Origin: Octopus vulgaris
Taxonomy: Eukaryota
Reading direction: 5' to 3'
NCBI GenBank assembly: GCA_951406725.2
Contig: OX597816.1
Location: 108,500,001-108,564,000, forward strand
Length of the DNA stretch: 64,000 bases
Position 1 is the first letter of the stretch; each line of letters begins with the position of its first letter. Below the pieces are notes generated by a model. The model was given only the letters and a program-made list of their open reading frames with translations, searched no databases and had not been told where the DNA came from. Shown here piece by piece: positions 25,401-37,806 of the stretch. The position numbers and the translations under genes were made by a program.

Positions 25401-28400
25401 AAAAAACTGTCTGAGGGGTATTCAGCCACTTACACATTCATTCAAGGTAACGCAGATGATTGAACAATTAAATCCTCATTGTAAAAAACCAAACAACACA
25501 ATGCGAGTTTTTGTATGCATGTTATAAGCTGGAATATGTAACCCCCCCACCCAGGTGCAATCCTCAACTTTTAGGTTTGATCCCATCATACAGCACCATG
25601 GCCAAGTGCTTTCCACCATCAACTCAAGTCAACCCAAGATTTCTGAGTGAAATTAAAGAGGCGGAAACTGCATGGAAGCCTGTCAGATACACTGTATCTG
25701 TAATTTGGAAGTCTGTCTTGTCACGTAGTTTTACATTGATCCAACAGGAGGTTCACAAATAAGAGTACAAATGTCTGTCAGACGCAGCATGGCTAAATGG
25801 TTAAGAAGTTTGCTTTGCAATCGCAAGTCCCTATATTTACATACACTGTTTGGCATTTTGCCATTACCTAGGACTGGCCAAAATCTTGTGAGTGAAATTG
25901 GATAGATGGAAACTATAGAGAAACTCATTGGATGGAATGTACCAGTTATAGAGGTACACTCCCATCATACTGATTCTGCCTGGGGATTACGTTAATAGTA
26001 TATTTGGGGAATGGTTAGGCACTAGCACACTCATTCATTGAGTCAATTGAATCTTCACCAAATAACAGAGATCCATTTACAATATAAGCATCAGTGGAAC
26101 TCTTACATTATAATACAGTGAGTAGATGAAACTAAAGATCAAACAACTGAAACACACACAAACACATGAAAATTACAGAAGAATCCAACACATTTAAATA
26201 TATATAAGCAGTTTGGCAAAAGAGACTGATAGAATATGTATCAGGCTTCAGAAAGTAAGGCCTAGGATTGATTTGTTTGACTAAAACCCTTCAAGGTGGT
26301 GCGCCAACATGGTCACAGTCAAATGACTGAAACAAGTAAAGGAAAAAATAAAAGATATAAATTTATTTTTTTTTGTGGAGGGGTGAAACGGTGGATCTTT
26401 AAGCAGTTAAAACTATTAATAATAGCACAAAAATATTGGGTTAAAAACCCTTCGAAAAGAACAAGTCAAAGGCTGCCTGTGGAACTCAAATCCACACCCC
26501 CTGCAAACATGTCAGGTGTTCTACCTCTGGACCAACGCACTCCTTCAAATATCTCTAGACATTTTAGAAACTTTATTCCTACCAGTGAGAATAATGTGTT
26601 GTTGATGTCATATCAATTCAGAAACTTCAAGAGAATGTGAAATAATTCTTTTCTGGAATAGTGGATCTTGAAGCAGTGTAAATATTGGGGATAAGTCTTT
26701 AGCATTGAGACTATTCTGTCAAACATAATTTTTTGGGGGTCTCAATTAATCATGCATTACCTCTTTGCTTCCAGGTTTCAATGAAGTGATTGTATATTTT
26801 AAGAATGGCATCGTAAGGTATGAGTGAGAAGCTAAATTTGGTCAGTCTGAATGTAAAGCATGTAGAATAGTTGGGCCTGATGTGGCTGGTTGAAATACTA
26901 AAGGATTAAAAAATAACTATGAATAGAAAAAGCCAAAAACTCCCTGTGGTACTCAGAATCTTAGTACTTGATTCAGTCATTGGACTGTGTACATACTGGG
27001 AAACAGCCTTGAAGTGTCTAGAAACACAAATCAACAATACATATTTTCTAAATGTCTGGTACTTACTTATTCTACTGGTCTTTTTTTGCCAAACCATTAA
27101 GTTATGGGGATGTAAACAAAGCAACACTTGTTGTCAAGTCGGGGGGACAAGTACAAAGACATACACACACAAATGCAACAGACTTCTATATAGTTTCCAT
27201 CTACCAAATTCAATCACAAGGCATTGGTTAGCCCGGGGCTATAGAATACGCTTGCCTAAAGTACAGCAGTAGGGCTGAACCCAATATAGCGTGGCTGCCC
27301 GGTGAACCTCAACAACATAGCTATGACTTTATAAAGAACACAGAGGACTCTAACAGGGATCCAAGGACTTACCCTAGTCATGCTGTGTGTTACATTAAGG
27401 GTGCATTTGTCTGTGGAATATTCGACCACTAGGTAGTTTTTGTTGGTCAAACAATTGGAACAGCCATTCGTTGAAAATCAATGCAAGAGGCCATCACGCA
27501 TCATAAACAATTCTTGTCCTACAAACTCATTCCAAAAATGGATAATCAAAATTTGCAGACAAATAAATAAGAAAAACCACATGTAAAATATAAAATACAT
27601 ACACATACAAAATAAGGTGAAATTGAAAAGTAAATAAATAAGTAAATAAAATAAATAAATAATAACAAACAAAATCACAGTATTCAACAGGTAGTGAAAT
27701 AATTTGAGCAAGAAAAGAAATTAAAGTAAAAAAAAAAGGAGGAAGAGGAGGAGGAGGAGAAGAAGGAGGAATTAAGAGAAGACACTGCGATGTGCAGAGT
27801 ACAGTGGAGACACAAGAAGGGAGATTCTGGAGTAGAGAGTGAAGAGAAAGAAAATATGAAATATTGGAAGGAGATGGAGGCAGAAGGAGAAAGTGTAAGA
27901 GTAGAAAGTAATGGAAAGAAAGAGAAGAGAAAGCTGTAGTGAAAAGATGGAAGGGGAAGTAATTCAGAAGTACAAATAAAGAGGACAGTTTTTTCTTCAA
28001 TCTTTTTTATTTCAAATTTCTTTTTTTTTTTAATGTTTAATTTGTTATTTATTGTCTTGTTTTTTGGTTGGGTTTTTTTAAGTAAATTTTCCAAACATCT
28101 TAGAGAGAGGGAAGAATTAGAATTACAAGGTGCACACACACCCACACCCACATACATATGTATATACACACACTAACAAGTATGTAGATATGTATATATG
28201 CAAGTATGCACACACACACACACACACACAAGGAAAACTTACAGAACTGAAGCTGGGATGGAATATATTTCAAAAACAATTTTAAATATTAAAAAAAAAT
28301 TATTTTAATGGTTATTTTCATGCTGGTTCGTAATTCCTATATTTTTTTTTAACATTCGTACTGCCAAACACACACATACACACACAGAGGGCACTGCAAC

Positions 28401-28936
28401 ATAGCTCTGCTATAGAAAAAAAAATTATTTTAAAAACAAAAAAAAAAAAAAAAAATCAGTGATATTTATTGAGACCAGCCAATTTAGTTTAAATAAATTT
28501 GAATAACTTTGCAAAACTTTTATACAAGTTTGTATGTCTGTAGAGAGACAAGTCTCAGTGCTTCATTCAGACAGCTGTATAGAAACAGGATAAAACAACT
28601 TTAAATTCACATCTTCTTTACCACACGCATACAAACTTAACTTTATTTGCAATTTTAAGTAACTGGAGCATTTGCCACTAATGGTTTGTTCAGGACCGTT
28701 TTATTTTATTTTTTGTTCTCTTATTGTTTTGTTTATTTATTTGCTCCTCATTTGCTGGTTAATTAATATACACTTATGGACATGGTATATCCTATGGTAC
28801 AGCAAGTATATATTGCTCCATATTACTTAAACCTTCTAAATTACATAGAAAGTCGTGCTCCCTTTTTTTTCCTTTTCTTTGGATTCATTATTGCCTCTTT
28901 TTTCATGCTTTCTTTTAAGATTTGAGAGGGAAGCAG

Positions 28937-28968
<32 letters not shown>

Positions 28969-29756
28969 ACTGTATTAATGAAAAAAGTATAGACAACTTC
29001 CCATATCATAAACAGTAATAATATAATAGTTAATGGTCTAAAAGAAAGATTTTGTCACTGAGATGGAAAGAAAGAGAAGGATATTAAGAGAAAGTGAGGG
29101 AATGAGTGGCAAGACAGGGTGGAGTGGTGAGGGAGGCGAATGATAAAAGGGGGGGATAAAAACAAAGCGATAGTTATCATCATTATTATTATTATTATTT
29201 GTTAGTAAAAATATCTTTTATGAAGTTTATACATTTATTTTTTTCCCGATCTTTTGAAGTTTTTTTTATTATATTAAAATTAAGATTTTTTAAGGGATCT
29301 GCACCAACATCATGGGAGCAATTTCCTTATCCTACTGCAAACCATCATCACTACCACTAATAATATCACTCTCATTACTATGCCATCACTATAACCAACA
29401 CTGCCATAACCACAATACTATCAGCAATCAAATATAACAGCAATTTCCACTCCTCTAATGTGTGAGACCAACTTGCTAAATATAGCAGATAAATCTTCCT
29501 CACATTATACCTAGTGTGCTTAATTAAAAGGACATACATAATATACCTATCATCCTAGGTAAACAAAAATACAGGATGGTCACAGCTGGAATGATTTCAA
29601 TCATAAATCTGCTCATTCAAAATGACAAGTCAAGACATTCTCAAAACCCTTTCTGCTATTTTCAGTCTTGATTTCTCTTCACAAGACATACAGGTAATTC
29701 CTTAAAGGAAATGGAAGTTGGGTGGATGTAAAGGTAGACTTAGCCTGTCACCTTGT

Positions 29757-29978
29757 TTAACCCTTTAGCAGTCAGATTAGTTGGTCAATGGTTATTTATC
29801 CAAACTGCTTTAAATTAACCATGCATTATCTTGTAGCTTCAAGGTTTCAACAATGAGATTGTTAATTTTCAGAATAACATTGTAGGGTAGGTGTGAGAGA
29901 CCATATCTGGCCAATTAGAAGATATTACTTGCAGAATATTTGGGCCTGACATGGCCAGTTTGAATACTGTAGGGTTAA
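29757..29978. mobile_element. piggyBac-like MITE (TTAA-CCCT...AGGG-TTAA); family copies at about 26695-26909, 42360-42575, 52926-53143, 55659-55879 and, inverted, 60956-61187
   Basis: ttaaccctttagc...tagggttaa termini with TTAA TSD; collinear internal sequence (gtagggtaggtgtgagag) in the copies. Confidence 0.75.
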
Positions 29979-30744
29979 CACTGCAACCTGGTTTCTTGGA
30001 TGCTTTTAGCAGAGTGCACTCTGTTTCCTGAATTCAGACGAAGACCCCAGTTTGAAGATACCTTCCTCTCTTTTTCCCACAAGTTTCAAAGGCCCCATAG
30101 AAATAAAGGGAAAAGTGTACTAACATCTTAGTAATGAGGTGTAATGACCCTACCAAGATACAAAAAAAAAGTTAATTGAATACTAGCCCCAATTCAATCA
30201 CTGGTATGGATTTTAAAATCCTGATAGGTAAAAAGGTGGAATTGAATGATGTAAAATATTTAGAGTAACTTAATCTGCCACTGTATCATTTTTTTAATAG
30301 CATGCCACCTTTTTCAGTAAAAGCTCAATCTGCAAAAAACAGTAGTCAAATCTCCCTCAAAACCAAACCCCACCACCATCTTAAGAAAAAAAAACGACAG
30401 GCTTCATTAGGTAATATCATCCGATGTAAGTATAAAAGAATGGGGTGTTCATGACTGGAATCGAATGTATTTCAGTGAAGGTCTGTTCAAGCATGTTCAA
30501 TCAAAGTTTGCTGAGATCTAAAGGACAAACAAACTTATGAATCCAATAGCAACATGCAAAGGATTAGAGAAATTGTGACATGGAAGAATAAATCTGCAAT
30601 AACCTGAAACATATACACATATGCATCTTCACAGTTAGCATGAATGTATGCACACTTGTAAACATGTACATGTTTATTGGCATTTTACAGCCTACACAGC
30701 TTTCAGTATAACATTAACTCTATATGAATTATCTTGAGTACTCC

Positions 30745-30868
30745 TTAGTCGAGCAAATAGTACTTATTCTATCGGTCTCTTTTGCCAAACCGCTAAGTTA
30801 CAGGGACGTAAACACACCAGCATCGGCTGTCAAGCAATGGTGGGAGGGGGGGCAAACACAGACACACA

Positions 30869-30921
<53 letters not shown>

Positions 30922-31060
30922 GACGGGCTTCTTTCTGTTTCCGTCCACCAAATCCACTCAGAAGGCTTTGGTTGGCCCGAGGCTATAGCAGAAGACACTT
31001 GCCCAAGGTGTCACGCAGTGGGACTGAACCCGGAACTATGTGGTTGGTAAGCAAGCTACG
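30745..31060 (-). mobile_element. SINE family B
   Basis: Collinear with 12240-12590. Confidence 0.85.
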
Positions 31061-31080
31061 CCTACAATTTATATTTAGAC

Positions 31081-31111
<31 letters not shown>

Positions 31112-32047
31112 ACACTCACTGCCACTACATAGTAGGAGGAGGAGGTAAATAAGTAAATATTGTAATGAATATAATAATGGTGGCAGTAATTCTTGGTAGC
31201 AGCAGAAGCAATAGTAAGTTAGTGCAAGGCACCATGAAGGAGAAAGACAAACACTAAAAGTAACTGTCAGAAAAACACACACACACACATACATGTATAA
31301 TTTAAATGTATATTGGAATAATTACAATTTAAACAAGGCAGTATTGAAATGAAATTAAATATATATATGTTTTGTATAACTTAAACGTATGGGAAGTGAA
31401 ATTATACGCAATTTAAATATGTAGAGAAATGTAGCCTCCAAAGGTCTACAAGAAACAGGCACCATATTAAAATGTATTTAAATTTAAAACATTATACGGA
31501 AATACTTTTTCCTCGTGAAATATGATGGCTTAGCACATGGAAAGGGTTCAAAATTTGGCAATGTGTGCACACACATACACACATACATACACACAATTAC
31601 ACACATGCTCACACAGACACAGTTGGAAGACTATCTCTCTACATGTTATAACTCAAACATTATGATATCATAACAGCAAAAAATATGTTATAACAAGTTA
31701 AGCTTTCTTGTCCCTTGTCATTAATTTTCTTACTTATGGCATTCGACCACACACATACATTATCCTATTCTTATACAGTTGAAAGAGTATTTGATGTTGA
31801 TGCCAACAGACAATGTCAACAAATAATTATAATTATTTCTATCAATATAAGGCTACAAGGTTTCAGCTGGGGAGCAGGAGGAAAGGAGGGGGCTATAGTT
31901 ATTCATAATGATGCCAGGGTCTTCTATTTGACCTTGCAAGTTTAAGAATTTAAATCAATTTTCAGTGAAAACAAATAGCAATAAGTTTAAAACCAGTGAA
32001 ATAAAAAAAGTAATGATGATGATGATGATGATGATAATAATAATAAT

Positions 32048-33331
32048 CATTTCTACTGAAGTCACAAGGTCTCAAATTTGTTGGGTGGGGACTAGTGGAT
32101 TATATTGACCCCAGTGTTTCACTGGTACTTAATTTATCAACCTCTGAAAGGATGAAAGGCAAAGTCGACCTCCGATGAATTTGAACTCAGAATGTAGTGA
32201 AAGGCAAAACACTACTAAGCATTTCATCCAGTGTGCTAACGATTCGGCCAGCTCATCACTTTAATAATGATCATAATAATCCTTTTTACTATAGGCACAA
32301 GGCCTGAAAATTTGGGGGGAGGGGACTAGTCAATTACATCGATTCAAGTATTTCACTGGTACTTATTTTATTAATCCCAAAAGGATGAAAGTCAAAGCCA
32401 ACCTCAGTGGAATTTGAACCCAGAACATAAAGGGCCGGAAGAAATGCCACTAAGGATTTTGCCTGATGCGCTAATGTTTCTGCCAGCTCAATAATGATAA
32501 TAATAATAATCCTACTATAGGCACAAGGCCACCTATTTTATTAGTCCTGAAAAGATAAAAGGCCAAGTCAATCTTGGCAGAAAATGAACTGAGTATATAA
32601 ATGCTGGAAGAAATGACATGGAGCATTTTGTTCAGCATACTTATGATTCTGCCAGCTCACTGCCTTATTAATAATAATAATAATAATAATAATCCTTTCC
32701 ATTATAGACACAAGGCTTGAAATTTGGGGGAGGGGATAGTTGATTACATCGACCCTAGTACTCAACTGGTACAACATGCTACCATTACTAACTGGTACTT
32801 AATTTATCAACCCTCAAAAGGATGAAAGGCAAAGTCAACCTCAGCGGAATTTGAACTCAGAACAGATGAAAAGCTGCTAAGCATTTTATCTGGTGTACTG
32901 ACAATTCTACCATCTCACCATCTTATATAATAATGATAATCCTTTCTACTATAGGCACAAAACCTGAAATTTGTGGGGAGCAGGTACGTCAATTACACTG
33001 ACCCCAGTGCACAACTGGTACTTAATTCATCAACAATTTGAACTCAGAACATAAGGATAGACGAAATGCTGCCAAGCATTTTGCTCAGCAAGCAAATAAT
33101 TATGCCAGCTTGTTACCTTAATAATAATCATAATAATAATAACCCTTTCTATATAGAGGGGCTAAGTTGATTACACTGACCCCAGTGCATAACTGGTACT
33201 TATTTAATCGACCCCCAAAAGGATTAAAGGCAAAGTCAACCTCAGCGGAATTTGAACTCAGAATGTAGTGACAAGTGAAACACCACTAAGCATTTGGCCC
33301 CGCATGCTAACAAGTCTACCAGCGCACCACC

Positions 33332-33371
<40 letters not shown>

Positions 33372-33530
33372 CTTTCAAATTTTGGCACAAGACCAGCAAT
33401 TTTGGAGGAAGGTGTAAGTCAATTACATCGACCCCAGTGCTCAGCTAGTACTTATTTCATCGACCCTGAAAGGATGAAAGGTAAAGTCAACCTTGGTGGA
33501 ATTTTGATTCAGAATGTAAAGACGGAATAA
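32048..33530 (-). mobile_element. Head-to-tail array of seven SINE-A copies separated by (ATA)n/(TTA)n
   Basis: Copies start at about 32050, 32281, 32511, 32693, 32941, 33144 and 33372; recurring aggatgaaaggcaaagtc/gaatttgaactcagaa motifs, some copies with internal deletions. Confidence 0.85.
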
Positions 33531-33758
33531 TAATAATAATAATGATGATGATACCTGGCAAATTATGTAAACAGGGCATTATACACATGATATAAAACTG
33601 GCAAGTTAATTGGGTGATTTTTTGTTTTTGATTGCATTGTCATGTATGACTGGTTTAACTGATGGATGTGAGGATGAAGGAGCGTGGGGGACGAAAAGAA
33701 AAGAGAAAGAAAGAGAGGAGTATTAAGAAGGAGAGAAAGAAATGAAATGAAGACTAAA

Positions 33759-33764
33759 TTTATT
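33759..33764 (-). promoter_or_regulatory. Candidate polyadenylation signal AATAAA about 350 nt after the stop codon
   Basis: tttatt on the + strand; the hexamer is common in AT-rich DNA, so this is weak. Confidence 0.25.
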
Positions 33765-34110
33765 CCATGTTGACTTCATACGTCCAAATACACTGTTAGT
33801 GCTGGCTGGTGGTATTTAGATAGTGTGTGCATGTACATCTGTTGAGAGACTTATCTTCACTGAATGAGCTGAGTATGTTTTAGAGAAGAATAATTAGAAT
33901 GCTTAAGAGAGAGAGAGAGAGAGAGAGGAAGAGAAAAAGGGTGGGGAAACGAATAAAAAAAAAAGAGAGAAAAACACACACAATCACACATATACAAGAA
34001 AGTAAAAAAGTAAAAAAAGTAAAACTAAAAAAAAAACATATATATATGTATATATATATATATATAAAATAAAACTGAGTTTAAGAAAGCTCTGGAAGCA
34101 AGGAAATTAT

Positions 34111-34760
34111 CTAGACATCTACTATCATATTGGCCCTGACTTCTTCAATATCATTATTGGCAACTGATTCTGGTTCTGGTTGCTGTTCTTTTGGCTGTTG
34201 CTGTGGCTGTTGTTGTTGTTGTTGTCGCTGTTGTGGTTTGGGTAGTAATTTGGGGCTGGCCGAACGTGTTTCAGTATTGCCATTCAGTGCGACAGCCTGC
34301 ACATCCTGCACGGGGCTGTGAACGCTGGAAGGTCGTGAGGCAGGACGAGGAGGAGGAACAGGAGGACTTTTGGGGAAGGAAGAGGGAGAAGTTTTGGTCA
34401 GCTCTCCTTTAGAGTTCACGGATTGTAGAAAGGACGATGAAGGCATTGAGGAAGTGGTTGACGTAGCAAGTGGTGGGAGATCAGTACCAGGTTCACTGCT
34501 TGTGGAACTTGGTCCTCCACTTAAAGCCGAACTGGTACCAGACATACGGTTGAATTTGGCCCCACCACTACTGAGATAAAATGGTTTTGGTGTCGTTAGT
34601 CCCAAGATTCTGCTCATGCCACTAAAGGAGCTGCCTGGCCCAATAGAATGGGGCCTTCCACTAACACGACCACGATCAGGACTAGCGGGCGCATCACCAG
34701 GGTTGCGATACTTGGCAATCAAAGAGTGTAGGCGATCACTGTTTGGTGACAATGGAACAT
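34111..34760 (-). CDS. Probable terminal coding exon; Ser/Pro-rich, polyQ-containing low-complexity tail ending ...NDIEEVRANMIVDV*
   Basis: cttgtttcag|ATGTTCCA acceptor, phase 1 (G+AT=Asp); longest non-repeat ORF (213 aa) with higher GC than its surroundings; TAG at 34111-34113. Confidence 0.9.
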
Positions 34761-35070
34761 CTGAAACAAGTTTTAAAAATTAAGTTTTTTTTTTTTTAAA
34801 GTTGTTAACTTTCTTTTCTGGTAAAGGAGACAATTCCTAATATTTACATATACATTAAGTGTACATTAATGAGAAAAAATTTCAATCTTATTAACAAAAA
34901 AATTACTATTATATATTAATATTCAAAGAATATTAAGACACTTAAAATAAATAAATATGTTTTATATATATATATGAATAAGGCCCAACTATGTCATCTT
35001 GATTTATTTTTTCCTATCTTATTTCCTTATGCACACTCTCTTGATAATATTATACATCATCACCTATATA

Positions 35071-35205
35071 GTCAAGACTACTGAAAAGGTTGCAAGACGC
35101 AACGAAAATTTTAGAAAATAAAAATAAGAAATAAGTGGAAATTTTACCGTGAGTGTGTTAAATAATAAGGCACAAAAAGAGAATGACTTTCCCCAGACAC
35201 AACAC
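35071..35205 (+). mobile_element. Second copy of the 11.5-kb Penelope-like element, in the last intron of the gene
   Basis: Near-identical to 11537-11675 (gtcaagacta[c/t]tgaaaaggttgcaagacgcaacgaaaattttag...ccccagacacaaca). Confidence 0.7.
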
Positions 35206-35328
35206 ATTGTATAATTTGTCTGTTTTCTATTTAAATAATAGGTTGTGAGTTGAACGATACTTGCTGCTATTTCTAGGACTATCAGATAGTTAATTTACAC
35301 TCTGCTAAAGATCATCACAGTAACTTAC

Positions 35329-35428
35329 CTGAGGATTTCGAAGCAGCATCCACTGAACTGAGACTGTCTGTCACTGAAGCAGAACGCAATGTAACACTAG
35401 GGTAGTCTTCCATTATTTGCTTAAGTGA
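35329..35428 (-). CDS. Internal coding exon: SLKQIMEDYPSVTLRSASVTDSLSSVDAASKSS(D)
   Basis: ttctacttacag|TCACTT...TCCTCAG|gtaagt; 100 nt, phase 0 to 1; overlaps ORF 35315..35515. Confidence 0.85.
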
Positions 35429-35682
35429 CTGTAAGTAGAAGAACAAATCAAATGATAATACATTACATAACAACAGCAATGATACCTTATTTAATATACT
35501 TAGACTGCAGTTCAAATATAGATAAGGGAACTTTTTGCTTCACATAGCTTCCAAGACACAAGGTGCCTGAACAATTTGATGACAGTAAATATAAGAAAAA
35601 ACAACACTGCCCACTGAAATTTTCATACAAGTGATAGCAGATAAAACAGGTACACAGACACACATACACACATGTATGTGTG

Positions 35683-35722
<40 letters not shown>

Positions 35723-36313
35723 AATACACACACACACATATCATCATCATTTTAATGTCCATATGTCCATGCTTGCATGGGTCGAACAGGATTTGTTGAG
35801 GAAGATTTTTTTTCCTAAAGCCAAATGCCTTATGCCACCAACTATCCCCTGTTTCCATATAAGGTAATATCTTATAACTAGACAGATTTTTCATGAAAGA
35901 CAGGAAGAAAAGGACACTTGCATGATGGTGACACTCATTGCCTGCTTTAGCATGGTCTCTATGGTTGAATGCCCTTTCTAATGCCAACCAATAGAGTGTA
36001 CTGGGTGCTTTTTATGTGGCACCAACACAGGAGCTTTTTACATGGCACCAGTGGGGTCACCAAATAGCTTGCAGTGTGTGTGTGTGTGTGTGGTTGAGGC
36101 TTCTTTCAGTTTCCACCTACCAAATCCACTTGCAAGGCTTTGGCCAGCCTGGGGTTATAGTAGAAGACACTTGCTCAAAGTGCCATGTTATGGGACTGAA
36201 CCTGAAACCATGTGATTGTGAAGCAAACTTCTTACCACTGAGCTACACCTGAATGAATTCAAAGACATCCTAACTAACAAAAATGAATTCAAAGATATTT
36301 GGCACGTACTTAC

Positions 36314-36363
36314 ATTCTCATTTTCAGCCACAGGTTCAAGAGGAGAAAATACATCTCCATTTT
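36314..36363 (-). CDS. Short internal coding exon: (E)NGDVFSPLEPVAENEN
   Basis: ttttctttctag|AAAATGG...GAGAAT|gtaagt; 50 nt, phase 1 to 0. Confidence 0.8.
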
Positions 36364-37756
36364 CTAGAAAGAAAAGAAAACATAAGAGATTATATCAATC
36401 AAATTAATCAATATTCAATTTAATTTTTTTGCAGCATGACGAAAAAGAAAGAAAAAAGAAAAACAGGAAAATAATTTTTAAAAAGCATAAAAATTGCTTC
36501 TTTTTTTTTTGTTTTGCTTAACTGCCATATCAATCATAGTTTAACAGAATTATGATTGAAATATTCTAACTGTGACAATCACAATCTTTGTGTATATTTC
36601 TCATTGATTCGGTCGTTTGTTGTTATTTATGGTTATTGATTGTTTTATAAACAGTTGCCACTGCTTGCTTACAACTTACCTTGTGTTTTACATATTCTAT
36701 TAGAAAAAAATATCCATAGTTTATCCACTTCAAGATCTAACTGCAATTTATTTAAGGATTTGGAGGGAATTAATGTTATTAATTTCCAGGGATCTGATAT
36801 AAGCAAATTCAAAGCAAGAAGTTTCCTTGGGTGATGTAGCACCACCACAACCACCACCAACAACAACAACAACAAATGTTCTTCATTTCATTCCTTTTTA
36901 AATTACATTTAGATATCATATAACATTCTTGTCATTTTTCATTCACTTTCTATGCAGGGATGCTTTAGACAGGTCATCATTATCTGAGCCAGTTCTTTTT
37001 TGGTGATGAATGTGTGGTGTAAGTCATATGCTACTTATACAATAACACTATAACATTTTTTCCATGGAACTTTCTTTCCTTTTTCTCTTCGCTGTCTCTG
37101 ACAAAAGACATCAGACCAAAACAATATACTCGCCTCAGTTTCTTCAATACTCTGTACCCCTTTTTTACTTTGCTTTTACCTGAGTTCTTTAGTTCATTGT
37201 CAACTACTTATAGCCATGCTAGAGACCTACTGTATGTACCGTCTTTCCTGACACACAAGTCAACAGAATATGTAGTGTAAACATTAAAACACTTTTGCTA
37301 TCTTTCCAAATATTGCTGCTTTTCACATGGAATTTCTGGTCCTCATAGTCATCTTGTATGTTGACCTACCTGTTCTAGCTGTAAATTTTGCTCTGAAAAA
37401 TTCAACTTGTATGCCAGAAAATGTGGTATATAGTATATCTTCATTTTATTTACTATTTATTTTATATTCTTTAATACTAGTATGTGTTTGAAATTGTTGA
37501 AACCATGAGTTGCTACTAGCTGCTCTGCAGTGATTTCTATAATAATACATTTGTATAATAATACATAACCTGCTGAAAAAATAACTAATCTGTCACATAA
37601 GAGAGAAACCTATCCCAGTGACATTTAATATCTTCAACAGGGATTCATTGTCATATACCTTTGGTAAAGAATGCAATTATTGTAAAACAAACCATCATCA
37701 TCATCAACATTTAACGTCTATTTCCAATACTTAATTGACCTATAAAATTACCTGCA

Positions 37757-37806
<50 letters not shown>

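Noticed and set aside
27478-27518. Alternative terminal exon GQELFMMRDGLLH* on the minus strand
   Set aside because: Only an AG and a short open frame; no independent support from the sequence
37094-37130. Possible decayed hammerhead (ctgacaa...ccaaaacaat)
   Set aside because: Requires too many reversions to be supportable
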